Source of the DNA: Podarcis filfolensis
Taxonomy: Eukaryota
Reading direction: 5' to 3' (one strand)
DNA: 64,000 bases
Assembly: GCA_964270895.1 (NCBI GenBank)
Contig: OZ185435.1
In this document: positions 1 through 12,397 of the stretch, in pieces
How the letters are laid out: every line of letters starts with the position of its first letter
Numbering within the stretch: the stretch's first letter is position 1
The notes under the pieces: model-generated
What the model was told of the DNA's origin: nothing
The model's input: only the letters and a program-made list of their open reading frames with translations
Databases searched by the model: none
Translations under genes and position numbers: made by a program

Positions 1-977
1 AGGCTTCAGAAGCCTCTGGGTCATCTGCTTAGATCTGCAGGAGGCAAAGCAATCCCGCTCTCTCCTAGGGGCTCCAGCTTTGCAGTCAGAAGAGACACAG
101 AGACCACCAAGAGCAACTGGATGAAGGCAGGGAGGGAGACTCCCCACCCATTTGCCTCTCTGGAGAAAACAGAAATAGTTTTCTCCAGAGCTAAGAATGC
201 AAGAGGGGCCTCCAGCTGGATCAGGCCAGTGGACCACCTGGTCCAGCATCCTGTTCCCACAGTGTTCCCCAGAGGCCCCCATGGGAAACCCACAAGCAGG
301 ATTAGATTGCCCTAGAGGACCTTCAGGGTCCCTTCCAACTCTACAAATCGACTAAGCTTCAGCCTCTCCCCAGAGGAAGAGAAGGCATCAAAAAGTGTTT
401 TCTAAAGAATTGATTTTATGTTTTGCTTGTTTTACGTCAACTGCCCTGGAAGAGGCTGGGTGCAAATATTGGAATGAATGGATTCTGCATTTCCCCAAAA
501 TTCTCTACATGACTGAATTCAGCAGTTCTTGAGAGAGAGCATCACCAGGCACTGATCCAGCTGCTGATGGAGGCAACTGGCAAATCCAGAGACAGACTGA
601 TCACCCTTCAGAAGCAGCATCCCCAGCACAGGCAGCTCTTTGGCTGGGGGGGGGGGCATCAGGAAAGCCACTTGCCCCAGAAAAGCAAGAAGCAGCAACC
701 CAAATCATGCTGCTTTTGTACAGATTGCAAATGAACAGGGAAACTGGGATTTTTTCCCCTGGTCATTTTTGAGTGCCTGTTTACATGAAATTGACTTGTT
801 CTAACTCCAGCCGAGTCAGCCTACCTAGGACACACCAATTGTTTTGAAGCGGATATTTCAAGTAAGCCCATTACTATTTTTCTGTTCTTTTTAACACATT
901 GAGCGCCATGGGATGGCGCAGAGGATGTTGACAGGAGGGAGTCCTGCCCCCGAAAATAAATCCTAGCTAAGCCCATG

Positions 978-997
978 GAGAGAGAGAGAGAGAGAGA
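978..997 (+). repeat. (GA)n microsatellite
   Basis: Direct reading. Confidence 0.9.
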
Positions 998-3702
998 TGT
1001 GAACTTGCAGGAGATCCTTTGGCCTCCCCCTGAGTCCTGCAGGGGCCGCCTTCATGGCCGATGATGGGGTTGGTGGGCAGAGCAGCTGCCTTGGCCCTGA
1101 GTTGCCTCTCTCCCGGGGCTTTGGACTAGATGACCCTTGGGGTTCCTTCCGACTCCTCAGTTCTGTGATTCTATTAAATATATTTGGATGTCAATGTCAC
1201 CTCCTGCCCTCAACTTCTGTTTTGCTATAAACCTGTTTTGTTGAGATTTGCTTCCCTGCTCAGAGATGAACAGGGCACCTCCTCTTCCTCCTCCTTCCCT
1301 CTTTACTTGCCAGGGGTGGCAGCTGGCTAGTTGTGGGGAGAAAGAGAGAGGCTGGCGCCCCTTCTACTGGCTGCTGCCCTCACAATGCCAGGCTGGCTCA
1401 GATGATTAATCCATTCCCCTCATTTGTGGGAAGGAGCAGCTGGGCTGGAGAGCCAGGGGCTGGGAGAGGAAGAGGAGGAGGTCTCTGTGGCTACTGATAG
1501 GGGGGCTGCCAGGCCTCCCCCTCTTGTGATGCTCCAAGTACCAAGTATGTTTTCATCACTGCTGGCCGTGGCCACAGCAGAAGAGGAAAGCACCTCTCAG
1601 TGCAAGGGATGGAGGAGAGACGACAGGAACACTCTCGCATGCGAGCTGGACTCTGGAGCACCCTTCTTCGCCTTCTGCCAAGCCGCCTCAGCCTGCCCCA
1701 CATCAGAAGGGCAGGAAGGCCACCTCAGCCAAAACAGGTGGGGAAAACACTGGATGGCAGCTCTCTTCATGGAGGAGAGGGCTGTCGGGGGCTACTGGCC
1801 ACAGTGGCTATGCTCTGCCTCCACTGGTCGGAGGCAGCAATGTGCCTAGAAATTGCAGGAGGGAGAGGCCTCTTGTGCTCAGATCTTGTGCTCAGATCCT
1901 GCTTGCAGGTTTCCCATAATGGGCATCTGGTTGGCCACTATGGGAACTGGATGGTGTGATGCATGGGCCATTGGTCTGATCCAGCAGGCTTTGCTTATGT
2001 TCTTTTGCCACGAGGAAGGGTCTCTCTCTCCCCCCCCCCTCCCCCTGGGTGCTACTTTCTCTGTGTGACCTCCTCCTTGCAATACTTTTCACATATTCAT
2101 AGAATCATAGAATTGCAGAGGTGGAATGCTCTGACAGGTTTATAAGCCTCCAGTGAAGGAGAGTCCACCACCTTCCCAGAGATTTGCAGAGAGAGATTGT
2201 TTGTGAAGCAGGCATTATTTGCCTTTGGCACCAGGAAGATTTTCTCTGCTTTGCCTCTTCCAGCTCTTGGACGAGAATGTGCAAACTCTGAGGCCTTTGG
2301 TGAGGAGCAAGTGGACAGGGATGAGACAGATTCATGGGAATGGAGGGTTTGCACAGTGGCTGGTGCTGAGATGGCTAAATGGAGCTTCCACAGTCAGAGA
2401 GAGTCTACCTTGGATCATCAAATGTTGGGGTTGAAGTGAAGAAGCCATCCCCTCACAGCTCCACTTGGCGTCTTCCCACTGGGCCATTTTGCCTTCCCAC
2501 AGGCTAGGTGCTCTGGGGTGTCCAGTGCCTAAGGAGGAGCTCTGAGCAACTTAGAGGGGGAAGAGGAGCTAAAAATGCCATGCCTGAAGTCCCCCACCCC
2601 ATTCTGTCAGCAGCCCCGGCAAAACATGGCAGGGCCTCTCTTCCTTCGAGGCAGCAGTTGCCATGGGAACCAGACGTTGGGTAAAGCAGCTCCGAAGAGG
2701 CCCTGCCTGCTCTCTGTTGCACCCCAAAGACAGCGGGAAACGCCGGGGGGGGGGCTTTCTCCTAAGTGGGGCAAGGGAAGCTCCAGGGTGTTCCTCTCTC
2801 TTGTGGAGGGGAGTCCCTGGGGCTCAGGCTAAAGACGGCTGAGTCTCCTTGCTCACCTTCCCCAGGAAGTGCTGCACAAGCAAGCGGCAGGCAGGTCCTT
2901 GCAAAGCAAAAGGCTTCACAGAACTAGGAGCCCCTGCAAGGAGGAGCAACACCTTCTCTCCTGCCAGAGGAAAGGTCCTTCCAGCCCCTACTGAGGGGTC
3001 AGGAAACCTCTGAGTTGAGGGCTTAGGCTTCTTCTTTACATGTACTTACTGCACAAAATCCTTCTTTATGCAGCGCACAGTTAAACTATGGAACTCACTT
3101 CCACAAGAGGCAGTGATGGCCACCAACCTGGTCAGCTTTAAAAGAGGACTGGACACATTCACAGAGGAGAGGGCTATCCATGGCTCCTAGCCAGGATGGC
3201 TCTGCTCTGCCTTCGCAGTTGGAGGCAGCCATGCTTCAGAGTCCAGCTGCTGGAATCTGCAGGAGGGAAGAGGGCCGCTCTTGTGCTCAGATCCTGCTTG
3301 TGAGTTCCCAAAATGGGCATCTGGCTGGCCAGGGTGAGAAGACGATGCCGGACAAGATGGGTCCCTGGCCTGATCCAGCAGGGCTTGTCTTACATTCTGA
3401 GCCACAAGGGGAATAGGGAGGGCTGAGGAGCCACCTACCCACCAGGCCAAGATGGCCAGTGCCTGCTGGATCCCAGCACCTGTCGTGGCCCAAAGCCCAC
3501 CTTGGAGCAAGTCACGGGGCTTCTGCACGAAAGGAAGCTTCAGTGGGAGGCAGACAGTGGGAGAATTGCCACAAGGGAGGCTGCTCAGTGCCCCACTGTG
3601 GTTCATAACGGGGTGTCAATGGAAAGCCTCTTCCGCTCATCTCCCTCCTTCCAATGACTTCTTTATCTTCCTAGAAAGAATTGAGATCCTAGAAGACCTC
3701 TG

Positions 3703-3978
3703 CAGGTGGAATAATAGAACTGTAGAGTTGGAAGGGATCCTGACAGCCATCTAGTCCAACCTCTGCAATGCAGGAATCACAGGTGAGGAATCCCTCACAG
3801 ACGGCCACCCAACCTCTGTTTAAAAACCTCCAAGGAAGGAGAGTCCACAGCCTCCCAAGGGAGACTGTTCCACAGCTCTTACTGTCAGAAAGTTTTTCCT
3901 AATGTTTAGTTGGAATCTCCTTTCTTAAAACATGAAGCCATTGATTCGAGTCCTGCCCTCCACAGCAGGAGAAAACAA
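3703..3978 (-). mobile_element. CR1 3' fragment
   Basis: Reverse complement of the CR1 tail (GTAGAGTTGGAAGGGA...AAAAACCTCCAAGGAAGGAGAGTCCAC...GTCAGAAAGTTTTTCCTAATGTT). Similar pieces at ~2098-2250 (-), ~7495-7835 (-), ~8715-8932 (+), ~32655-32785 (+), ~6060-6140 (+), ~1110-1172 (+). Confidence 0.8.
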
Positions 3979-4312
3979 TTTATTTTTTAATTGAATTTAT
4001 ACCTTTCACTTCCTACCTAAGCATCGCAAGAGACAAGGATCAAAGCAGGGAGAGGTGGGGTGGCAGAGAGAGAGAATGAGGCTGTGCTGCTATCTGCATG
4101 AGGGTTAGGCCACTGGTGAACCAGGGAACTCCTTGCCACTGTGAGATTTGCTGCCATGACCTAGTAAGCACCACACTTCTGCCAGCCAGGCACATGGAGC
4201 AAGGCACTGTGGGGAAACAGCCCCATCCACCCAGAGGGAACAACGGCCGGGCACTGAACTAAGAGCCAGCCACACATCATTGTTAGCCTTAATCACTCTG
4301 TGCTCTTTATCC

Positions 4313-4434
4313 TAAGGTTACCAGATGTCCCCGTTTCCCGGGGCAGTCCCCGGATTTACAAATCAGTCCCCATACAAAATCCATTGAAGCTGAAAAGTGT
4401 CTCCGGATTCACTGAAAAAAATCTGGTAACTTTA
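4313..4434. mobile_element. hAT-like MITE
   Basis: TIRs TAAGGTTACCAGAT / ATCTGGTAACTTTA. Near-identical 8-9 bp flanks CTTTATCC and CTTTTATCC. Confidence 0.75.
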
Positions 4435-5136
4435 CTTTTATCCCATCACCTTAAAATCGTTTACATCTTTAAAATATATTTTTCCACTCTTATAAAAATC
4501 TCAGGTGCTTTGGGGGCATTATGAGCCTTTCTCAAGAGCAATTAGAAGCTCACTCATCGTATAATGGCAAATCTTATGGAGATTCAGGGAGGAGGAACAA
4601 CCATTTCAAAGCGGAAACCAAACCTTAGTACAGTAGAGCAGAGATTTATGGCTTCCCATCCCCCTGTGCAAATGCTCAGCTCCTGCTCCTTGGCAGAATG
4701 ATCAACCCTTTTGCAGTCAAAAGGCTTCCTCCACTGGCCTCTGTAGCTTTTGCACACTGCAGTCCTGTGCACACGTCATCTTACTTCCAAGCAGACATGC
4801 TGAGGATCGCACTGCACGTGCCCCCAACTCCCCACGGAGCAGGAGATTTCAGGGCTGCAGCATCTCACCAGGGTCCATGCTCCTTTGGAAAGAGGCCGGG
4901 GGCAAAAGCAAACACACACTCTTCCTCCTCCTGAAGCCCAACTGCTCCCATTTCCTCTCTGCTGTAAACATTTACGGGGCTTTCCCCAAAGAGCCAGAAA
5001 GCGGCCCAGTCCACAGAAGAGCACTTTCACACCAAAGAGATGGTCAAATGGCTGCCGGGCCATTTATAGCCCGGTCAGTTCAAGGTCAGGGAAACATCTC
5101 CAAAGGCCTTGTGACTGTTGGCTCAACTCCCAAATC

Positions 5137-5173
5137 TAATAATAATAATAATAATAAAAATAATAATAATAAA
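5137..5173 (+). repeat. (AAT)n microsatellite
   Basis: Direct reading, one interruption. Confidence 0.9.
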
Positions 5174-5516
5174 TGCCATCCATCTGACTAGGTTGCCCCA
5201 GGTATTCTGGGCAGCTTCCAGCAAAATATAAAAACACAATTAAACTTCCAACATTAAAAACTTTCCTAAATTAATAGCAGCAGGGAAGGGAGTGGGGAGG
5301 CACCAGGAGAAGGAGACTTGGGGAGCCTGTGCAGCCAATAGGCATCCTCAAGCCTCCGGAGGAATCACCTGCAACCAAAAGGTTATCCAGACCAGGCTCC
5401 CCACATCCAAGCTTGCCACTAAGCCTCCAGGGTCACCTGACTCCCGCCTGGCTGGGAGGGAGGTGAAGTCTTTGGGGAAAGGAAACCATTCTTGGAGGTC
5501 CAGGTAACTTTACCTA

Positions 5517-5775
5517 CCGTATTTTTCGCTCTATAAGGCGCACCAGACCACAAGACGCACCTAGTTTTTGGAGGAGGAAAACAAGAAAAAAAATATTCTG
5601 AATCTCAGAAGCCAGAACAGCAAGAGGGATCGCTGCACAGTGAAAACAGCAATCCCTCTTGCTGTTCTGGCTTCTGGGATAGCTGTGCAGCCTGCATTCG
5701 CTCCATAAGACGCACACACATTTCCCCTTACTTTTTAGGAGGGGAAAAGTGCATCTTATAGAGCAAAAAATACGG
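5517..5775. mobile_element. Tc1/mariner-superfamily MITE (CCGTATTT termini, TA TSD) with internal hairpin
   Basis: TA|CCGTATTTTTCGCTCTATAAG...CTTATAGAGCAAAAAATACGG|TA. Perfect 25-bp internal inverted repeat at 5606-5630 / 5652-5676. Confidence 0.85.
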
Positions 5776-6133
5776 TACTTCAGAAAGAAACTTCTGCCTG
5801 TCTGCCTCCATGGGGGGTGGGGGGTTGGGGTGGAGACTAACAGGATGGTCCACCTTTGGTTGAAGGATGAATGGATGATTGATGGGAAGATGGGTAGCTG
5901 CACCCACCGCCCCCCCCCACACACCCCAAGCAAACCAGGAGGGAGGCGGGAGCAGGGAGGCTTCTTGGCTCATCCATTGCTCTACAAACAAATCAGATTC
6001 ACTCCTGAATAAGGACTAGAGACAGCCCAACCTCCACATAACCGTTATGCAAGCAGATCCGGACTCTCCTTCTCGGAAGGTTTTTAAACAGAGGTTGGAT
6101 GGCAACCTGTCAGGGATGCTTTAGCTGGAATTC

Positions 6134-6350
6134 CTGCAAATGTGACATGAAGGCTGGTAACATCAACCCCGCCATGTGGAAATCCCTTGCAGACGACCGC
6201 AGCGCCTGGAGACAGACAGGTAGTCAGTACATTCACAGCAGTGGCCAGAGGAGGAATGACCACTGGGAGAAGTGCAAAGAAAAGCCATTGTGCATCTGAA
6301 GCAGCAAAACGGGACGCCTTCATTTGCCCCCAGAGGCAACAAAACATGGC
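6134..6350 (+). mobile_element. RTE-clade LINE 3' ORF fragment
   Basis: CKCDMKAGNINPAMWKSLADDRSAWRQ resembles the C-terminal CKRDMK...W..LA.DR..WR motif of RTE LINEs. Joined to an upstream CR1 tail through shared CTGCA. Confidence 0.7.
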
Positions 6351-6763
6351 TTCCCCATGTCAGAGAGACACAGCAGACACAGAAACTCTCCAGTGGTTTA
6401 ACTTCACCCCCAAAGGCTCACTCTCCCATTGTCTCCTGATGGATGAGCTGAACTGTGGGGGGATGAGGGGACCTTTCATGGGGGCCACAGGAGGGGCTGG
6501 TGGGCTCCCCGCCAGCCACAGGCAACGCACATGCTGCCAGGGAGGGAAACAAGATGTTTAAAAGGCATAAAGACTGCAGGGGGGGCAGGAGAGCCTCGCA
6601 GTCAGGCAGCTTCTCTCATTTCTGTCTCTTCTCAACCTGAGAAAGGTACAAAATTATTAACTCGGTGCAGCTCAGCATTCATTTGAAGCCAGGCAAAGAG
6701 CTCACACTGATTATGGCAGTGTGTCCCCAAACCACTGCCATGTCCTCAGTATCCGTGGTGCAG

Positions 6764-6782
6764 CAGCGCCCTCTGCTGGCTG
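6764..6782 (-). promoter_or_regulatory. CTCF motif
   Basis: Reverse complement reads CAGCCAGCAGAGGGCGCTG, a close match to the CTCF core CCASYAGRKGGCRS. Confidence 0.55.
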
Positions 6783-7494
6783 GCCTTTGTCTCCTTCAGC
6801 AGCAAAATGGGAAGGGAAAGATTTCAGCTATCAGCACCCAGCACTAAAAACTAGCCTAACCTGGAGGGTGCTGGGTGTCTCCCCAGGAGGCAGGTGACCT
6901 GAGAGTGGCTCCCGGCCTGTGCTCCATATGATTCTATGATTCCCCTGCAAGGACTCAGGCAAGCTCAGGACTGAAGGCAGGTGTCCCTGGAAGGGGGTTT
7001 GCAAGCCACCCAAGGCTGCTCCTCCCCAGCAACTGGGGATGTGCAGGATGTGGCCAGTGGCCCCAACTGGCTGTGCACCCCGTGATGCTGTGTGCAGGGG
7101 ATATATATAGGAGAAAGAACCCAGCGGACTTGCCTCGCCGATCTGCTATGAGGAATCAAGAAACAGACACAGCATACAACATAAGAACATAAGACCTGGA
7201 TCAGGCCTTATGATGGGGGTGGTGGGTTGGAAAGGCCCCTTGCTTGGGGGCAAAGAGAGGGCAGGGCCCCTGCATGCCACTTTGGCCCCATCCCAAGGGC
7301 TACCATAGGCTGACCCCCAGCTGGTCCTAGCCAGGATGTGGAGAAAAGGGCTTTACCCTAAATCCACCCACAGCAGGCAGGCTCTGTTTTGAATCCTGCT
7401 GGACAAATTCAGGTCTTGGCTGCTACTGTTTCCTTACTTGTTGCTGTGATAGATGTGTCCCAGTTCTCAGGGTGATGGGGAATTTCAGGGGCAG

Positions 7495-7835
7495 GTCAGA
7501 GACCCCAATTGTAGACCCCAAAGGGTCATCCAGTCCAATCCCCTGCAATGCAGGAATCACAGCTAAATGATCCAAGACAGATGCCCATACGATCTCTGCT
7601 TCAAAACCTCCAAGGAAGGAGAATCCACCACCTTCCAAGGGAGTTTCACTGTTGAACAACTCTTGCCATCGAAAAATTCTCCCTGATGTTGAGGCAGAAC
7701 CTCCTTTCTTGTAATTTGAATCCATAGGTTCAGGTCCCTCCCCTTTGGAGCAGCAGAACACAAGCTGGCTCCATCTTCCATGGGATGGCCCTTCAGATAT
7801 TTGAAGATCTGGGTCTGGTTCCCTTGTGACCTTTT
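7495..7835 (-). mobile_element. CR1 3' fragment
   Basis: Minus-strand FKYLKGHPMEDGASLCSAAP.GR...VVDSPSLEVLKQR. Confidence 0.8.
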
Positions 7836-8047
7836 ACACATAGGTTGAACATCTGTGGAAGTGCAATTTAAACACTCCAACAGATAGTCCCAAATCCATG
7901 CAAACAGGCCCCATCTAGGTCAGCAACTTGGCCTCCTAGGGACCAACAAGCCCCCACTTATTTCTAGGAAAGCAGTTAGCTGTTGTTCCCAAGTTAGCTC
8001 TTCTGAGTCTCCAATTCCAGGTCTCTGACTCTGTCCCAGACTGGCTC

Positions 8048-8351
8048 TGTTATGTACTGAAGTTCTCACCCTGGGCCAGCAGGGGGATACTGTAGATAGT
8101 TATGCAAATGAAGGATCGAAAGTGACGTTCAATGATTGGATGGATACTGTAGATAGTTATGCAAATGAAGGATCGAAAGTGACGTTCAGTGATTGGATAG
8201 TTTTAGAAAGTTGTTACAGTAACGTGGTACTGGAGCTCTATATAAGCAGGCTGACTGAGCCCTTCAGTTCAGTTCTGTCCTGGCCTGTGAATAAACAAGA
8301 GCTGTTTGAAGAATCGCTGTGTCATCTGATATGTTCACCCACAACCTAAAA
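8048..8351 (+). mobile_element. Solo LTR (Gypsy/BEL-type by 5-bp TSD) with internal 57-bp tandem duplication
   Basis: Begins TGTTATG, TATATAA at 8239-8245, AATAAA at 8290-8295, ends ...ACAACCTAAAA (terminal CA degenerate). TSD GGCTC at 8043-8047 and 8352-8356. Superfamily assignment is an inference. Confidence 0.8.
8085..8198 (+). repeat. 2 x 57-bp tandem duplication within the LTR U3
   Basis: GGATACTGTAGATAGTTATGCAAATGAAGGATCGAAAGTGACGTTCA(A/G)TGATTGGAT occurs at 8085-8141 and 8142-8198 with one mismatch. Confidence 0.95.
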
Positions 8352-8499
8352 GGCTCCAAAGTGACCCGCCAATTCTTTTCACACTGTGTCTCTTAAGTAG
8401 CAGAATTGCTTTGCTGGGAGAGGGGAAGGCAGGCTGTGCCCCATTCAGAACAGTCCTGAAAACTCTGGGGAAATGGCTGGACACTTAGCCCAGTGCCAT

Positions 8500-8513
8500 G
8501 TTGCCATGGCAAC
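8500..8513. promoter_or_regulatory. Perfect RFX X-box palindrome
   Basis: GTTGCCATGGCAAC. Confidence 0.55.
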
Positions 8514-9894
8514 ACACCTGCCTCACCAAAGAGATGTGTAGGCAAGACCAGTCGTCCTTTTGTATAGACCTCAGTCTTACTGTAGAACCACCACACAGAA
8601 GGGAGCCAAAGGTCACCCCCTAAAAAACTCTCAAAGCCTACAACGTGGTGATCTCTTGGTTTACCTTCAGTTACATTTCCTTGGATTCTGCTCTGGAGGG
8701 CAGAACTCAACCCAATGACTTCAAGTTACAAGAAAGGAGATTCTGACTCAGCATCAGGAAGAACTTTCTGATGGCAAGAGCTGTCCAAGTGGACAGGTCT
8801 CCCTTGGGAGGTTATGAACCGTCCTTCCTTGGAGGTTTTTAAGAGCTTTAGCTGTGATTCCAGCATTGCAGGGGGCAGGACTAGATGACCCTCTGGGTCC
8901 CTTCCAACTCTATAGTTCTATGATTCTATGATTTTCCTGGTTCATGGTGTTGCTAGATCAGAGATGGGGAATGCCTGGCCTGCAGGTCTCATGAGGTTCA
9001 GCATGGGTCCTATGTTGACCCACAAGGCCATTCCCCACAACCATGCCCACCCAGCATGGGGCAAGTCCAGATGTGGCTCCAATGGGAGGCTAAAGTGAGC
9101 TCCTGAGCCCCTCTTTGCCAGTGGGGCTCCCTGTCAGTGCTTATTGACTTATGATGTGGAACGTGGGGCCAAGGTCAGGCCATTTCCCGTTCCTGTCTGT
9201 GCAGGACTGTGCTTCTGATGGCAATAGTCCATCTGGGTGGCCAAAGGCACAGGAGAGCTCTGAGGGGCCCAGCCTTTAACTCCTGGTGATGGGCTGTCAG
9301 CCAGTTCTGAAGCGTTCACACAACCGCAGACCCAACTCTAGTCATTTCCACTGAATTTCTGAAAAGCCACCAGCTGCAGCTGGATAGTTAACAGACAACA
9401 AACTCTTTGTTGAAATCTGGGGAATATATGTATGATGATGAATAGAGGCTGTTTGTGAGGTGAATGATAGAAGAAAGAAAAGCCAGCCAGCCTATTTGGC
9501 AACATCTCAAAATCCATCACCTTTTTTGGTCAAATGTGCTCCTTCTGCTTAGCAAAGCCTCAGGTGCAATTTCTCCCTGCCAAAAACAGGAAGTGTGGAG
9601 CTTACTCCCAAATCATTCCAGATTAAGCATGACACCATGATGGTAGGGAAGCTGATTTCACATCACTTGCTTTTTCCCTCTATATATATATTTGCATAAT
9701 GCAGTATAAACTTGCTAATTGCATTAGGAAGCTATTAGAATAACAAGACTTTAACATGCAAACAAAGTAATTATCCCATTCAAAAGAAGGGAAACATTGT
9801 CAGGGCACCTTTGATGGGGCTGCTGCTCTGATCCACTCTGCCTTGGGCTGCTGAATTGGCTGCTTTGCTGCAGTCTTTTTTTTATTTTAAAGAA

Positions 9895-10351
9895 AAGGCA
9901 AGGAAGAGGCAACATGACAGAAGTTTATAAAATGATGGCTGGCATGGAGAAAATGGACGGAGAAAAGTTCTCTTCCCTCTCTCCTAACTCCAGAACCTGT
10001 GGACATCCAATGAAGCCGAACGCTGGAAGATTCAGGGCAGACGAATGAAAGTCCCTCTTCATCCAGCACAGAGCTAAACTATGGGACTTGCTCACCCAGG
10101 AGGCAGTGATGCCACCAACTTGGGTGGCTTTAAAAGAGGATCAGATGAATCCATGGAGGAAGAGAGGGCTGTCGGTGGCTGGACTCTGTCTCCACAGTGA
10201 GAGGCAGCCGTGCTTCTGAATGCCAGTTGCTGGAAACCACAGGAGGGGAGAGAGCTATTGCGCTCAGGCCCAGTTTGGGGGATTGCCATAATGGAACAGG
10301 ATGCTGTGCTAGATGGGCCACCGGCCTGATCCAGCAGACTCTTCTTATGTT
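9895..10351 (+). mobile_element. CR1 LINE 3' end, second subfamily (tail ...GATCCAGCAG...TTCTTATGTT)
   Basis: Degenerate GNMTEVYKMM.GMEKMD.EKFSSLS...KLWDLL...GFKRG peptide plus characteristic tail. Related pieces at ~1755-2003, ~3050-3398, ~19265-19500 and, reversed, ~191-300 and ~44960-45110. Confidence 0.8.
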
Positions 10352-11346
10352 GGTTTTCCTTTTAGCATTATATTTTACTGAAATTTGACTTCTGGAGTTG
10401 GTGCCATCGGCAATGGCGGATTGCCTCTAACTTGGAGGGAGTGAGCTTCGCGGAAATCGGGTCTTGCCGCTACGGCGAAGTGGGGACCCTTCAAAAAACC
10501 ACAGGCAGGTGAAGCCTGTGACCGTGGGACTCGGCGGGCACCTTCAGCGCCCCCCCCCCAATTTTCAAAGGAACCCGGCTCCGGGCTCCGGAGCGAAACG
10601 GGGCGAGCGGCGCGGTGCTGAGAGTCAATTGCTTCTTCCGTGGAGTGAAGCCGCACAGCTGTTGTCGGAGAGCGCTGACTTTTTTCCTGTGACAATTCGG
10701 CTATCAAAACAACTACCATGAGTAGGTTGAATTTAAAGATTTGAAAATAAGGGAAGAAAGAGCACTAATTTGGCACCGAAAATGGGAAGGTGTAAACAGG
10801 AAGTCCACCTTCCGTTTCTTGTAAACAGATCAAAGCAAAGACTATTTAAACTAAGACCTGGAAAATTACTTCAAAAGGACTTAAATCCTAACACCAAGAC
10901 AAAAGATCTCTCTCCCTGAATTGCAGGAGAGGGGAGGGAAGAGTGAGAAGTACTTTTGCCTGCAAAAAGAGAGGAAAAAGAAACAAAGACCACCGCTTAA
11001 TGCCTGGGAAGGGCTGTCAAGTGCTAACAAGATTGCCATACCGTGAATCGCGCTGTTTATAGACATTGTAACTTTTTGACAGTTAACTCTGCAAGAGAGA
11101 TACTTTTGATTCTGACTGGCTTCTCCGGACTTTAAGGTCTTTAAGGAACTGTAAAGTAACTGAAATTGAAACGGTTGTTTACTTTGTTAAATGGGGAATT
11201 TGGAAAAGTTACTTTAATGCAACAAGAATTGACTGTTACTGTGTCCCCCTAGAGGAACTTTGTAATTGCTACAACAGGCTAGGGAATTTTCCACAGTAAA
11301 ACAAACTCCGGTCGTGGGACTGACCTTGAGCTTCAGATAAAGTGTT

Positions 11347-12390
11347 ATGGCAAACTTGCTGCAGGAAAAAACAACAAGATTTGGGAAAATTCGGCAGCAG
11401 CGAAGAGCATCAGCATCTGGCCCTTCTGCACCATTAGGGGCAGCACCTGTTCAAATTGATCCAAAAGGAATGGCATCTGAAGATGTTTTAGCTGTGGCAT
11501 TAGGAAAAATTAGTGAATCTTTGGAAAAACTGAGTAAACAAGTAGCTGAAGCATCAACCAAAATTGATCAGAATACTACAAGCATCAATAATTTGGGACA
11601 GAAGGTGAACTCTAACACAGAATCTATTGAGAAATTGCTGCAGGAATCAACTTTGACCCGAAAGACAGCTGAAGAAGCAAAGGAAAAAGCACAGGCCGTA
11701 GAGGAAAAGATACCACCGATATGTAAGCAACTCGAGGATCACAAGTCAATGTTATCTATGATTGAACTGAAGGAAAGACAGACAAATTTAAGGATCAGGG
11801 CGGTACCTGAACTTAAGAAAGATAACCTAAGTGACTTTCTTATGCATGAATTTGCAGACTTCTGGAACTTAGATTTAGAGAAGCAAGACATCAAGATAGT
11901 AAGTGCCTTCAGGCTCAGAAGAGGGGGGAGAAAGAACAGGGTGAGAGACTGTTTGATTACCCTCTGAACAAAAGAGGAGAGAGACAAAATATTGAGTCTG
12001 CATTTTCAGAAGACCTTGGAAATACACCAATCAAGAGTGGAGATATTCAAAGACATTCCGAAATACCTTCTGGATCTTAGGTCTAACTACGGAGACCTGG
12101 TGAACCTGTTGAGAAGTAATAGTATTGTCTTCAGGTGGGAATTCCCTCAGGGCCTATCTTTTACTTTCAAAGGAAGAAAGTTAAAAATAAGATCAGTGGA
12201 AGATAAAGAAAGATTTTTGAAAGATCACGGAGAAGACTTGCAGAAAGAATTCGAAGAAGAGCTAAGAGCACTAAAACCAGGAATATTAGACATATCATCA
12301 CTATCCTTTGGATTGGAAAACTTAGAGAAAGTGATACCACCGACAGACCAAGAACAATTGCTGGGTGCAGTTGGAGGAAAAGCAAAGTAA
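11347..12390 (+). pseudogene. L1 ORF1 (coiled-coil, RRM, CTD) with one in-frame TGA
   Basis: ORFs 11347-11967 and 11992-12390 are in the same frame, separated by TGA at 11965-11967 (ITL*TKEERDKIL, likely CGA>TGA). Heptad-rich N-terminus, ERQTNLRIRAVPE RRM start, IFKDIP and FRWEFPQGL C-terminal motifs. Confidence 0.88.
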
Positions 12391-12397
12391 TCATGCC

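Noticed and set aside
9690-9710. Octamer ATTTGCAT plus TATAAA resembling an immunoglobulin V promoter
   Set aside because: No leader exon, V segment or recombination signal follows; the site abuts a (TA)n run and a CR1 begins about 200 bp later.
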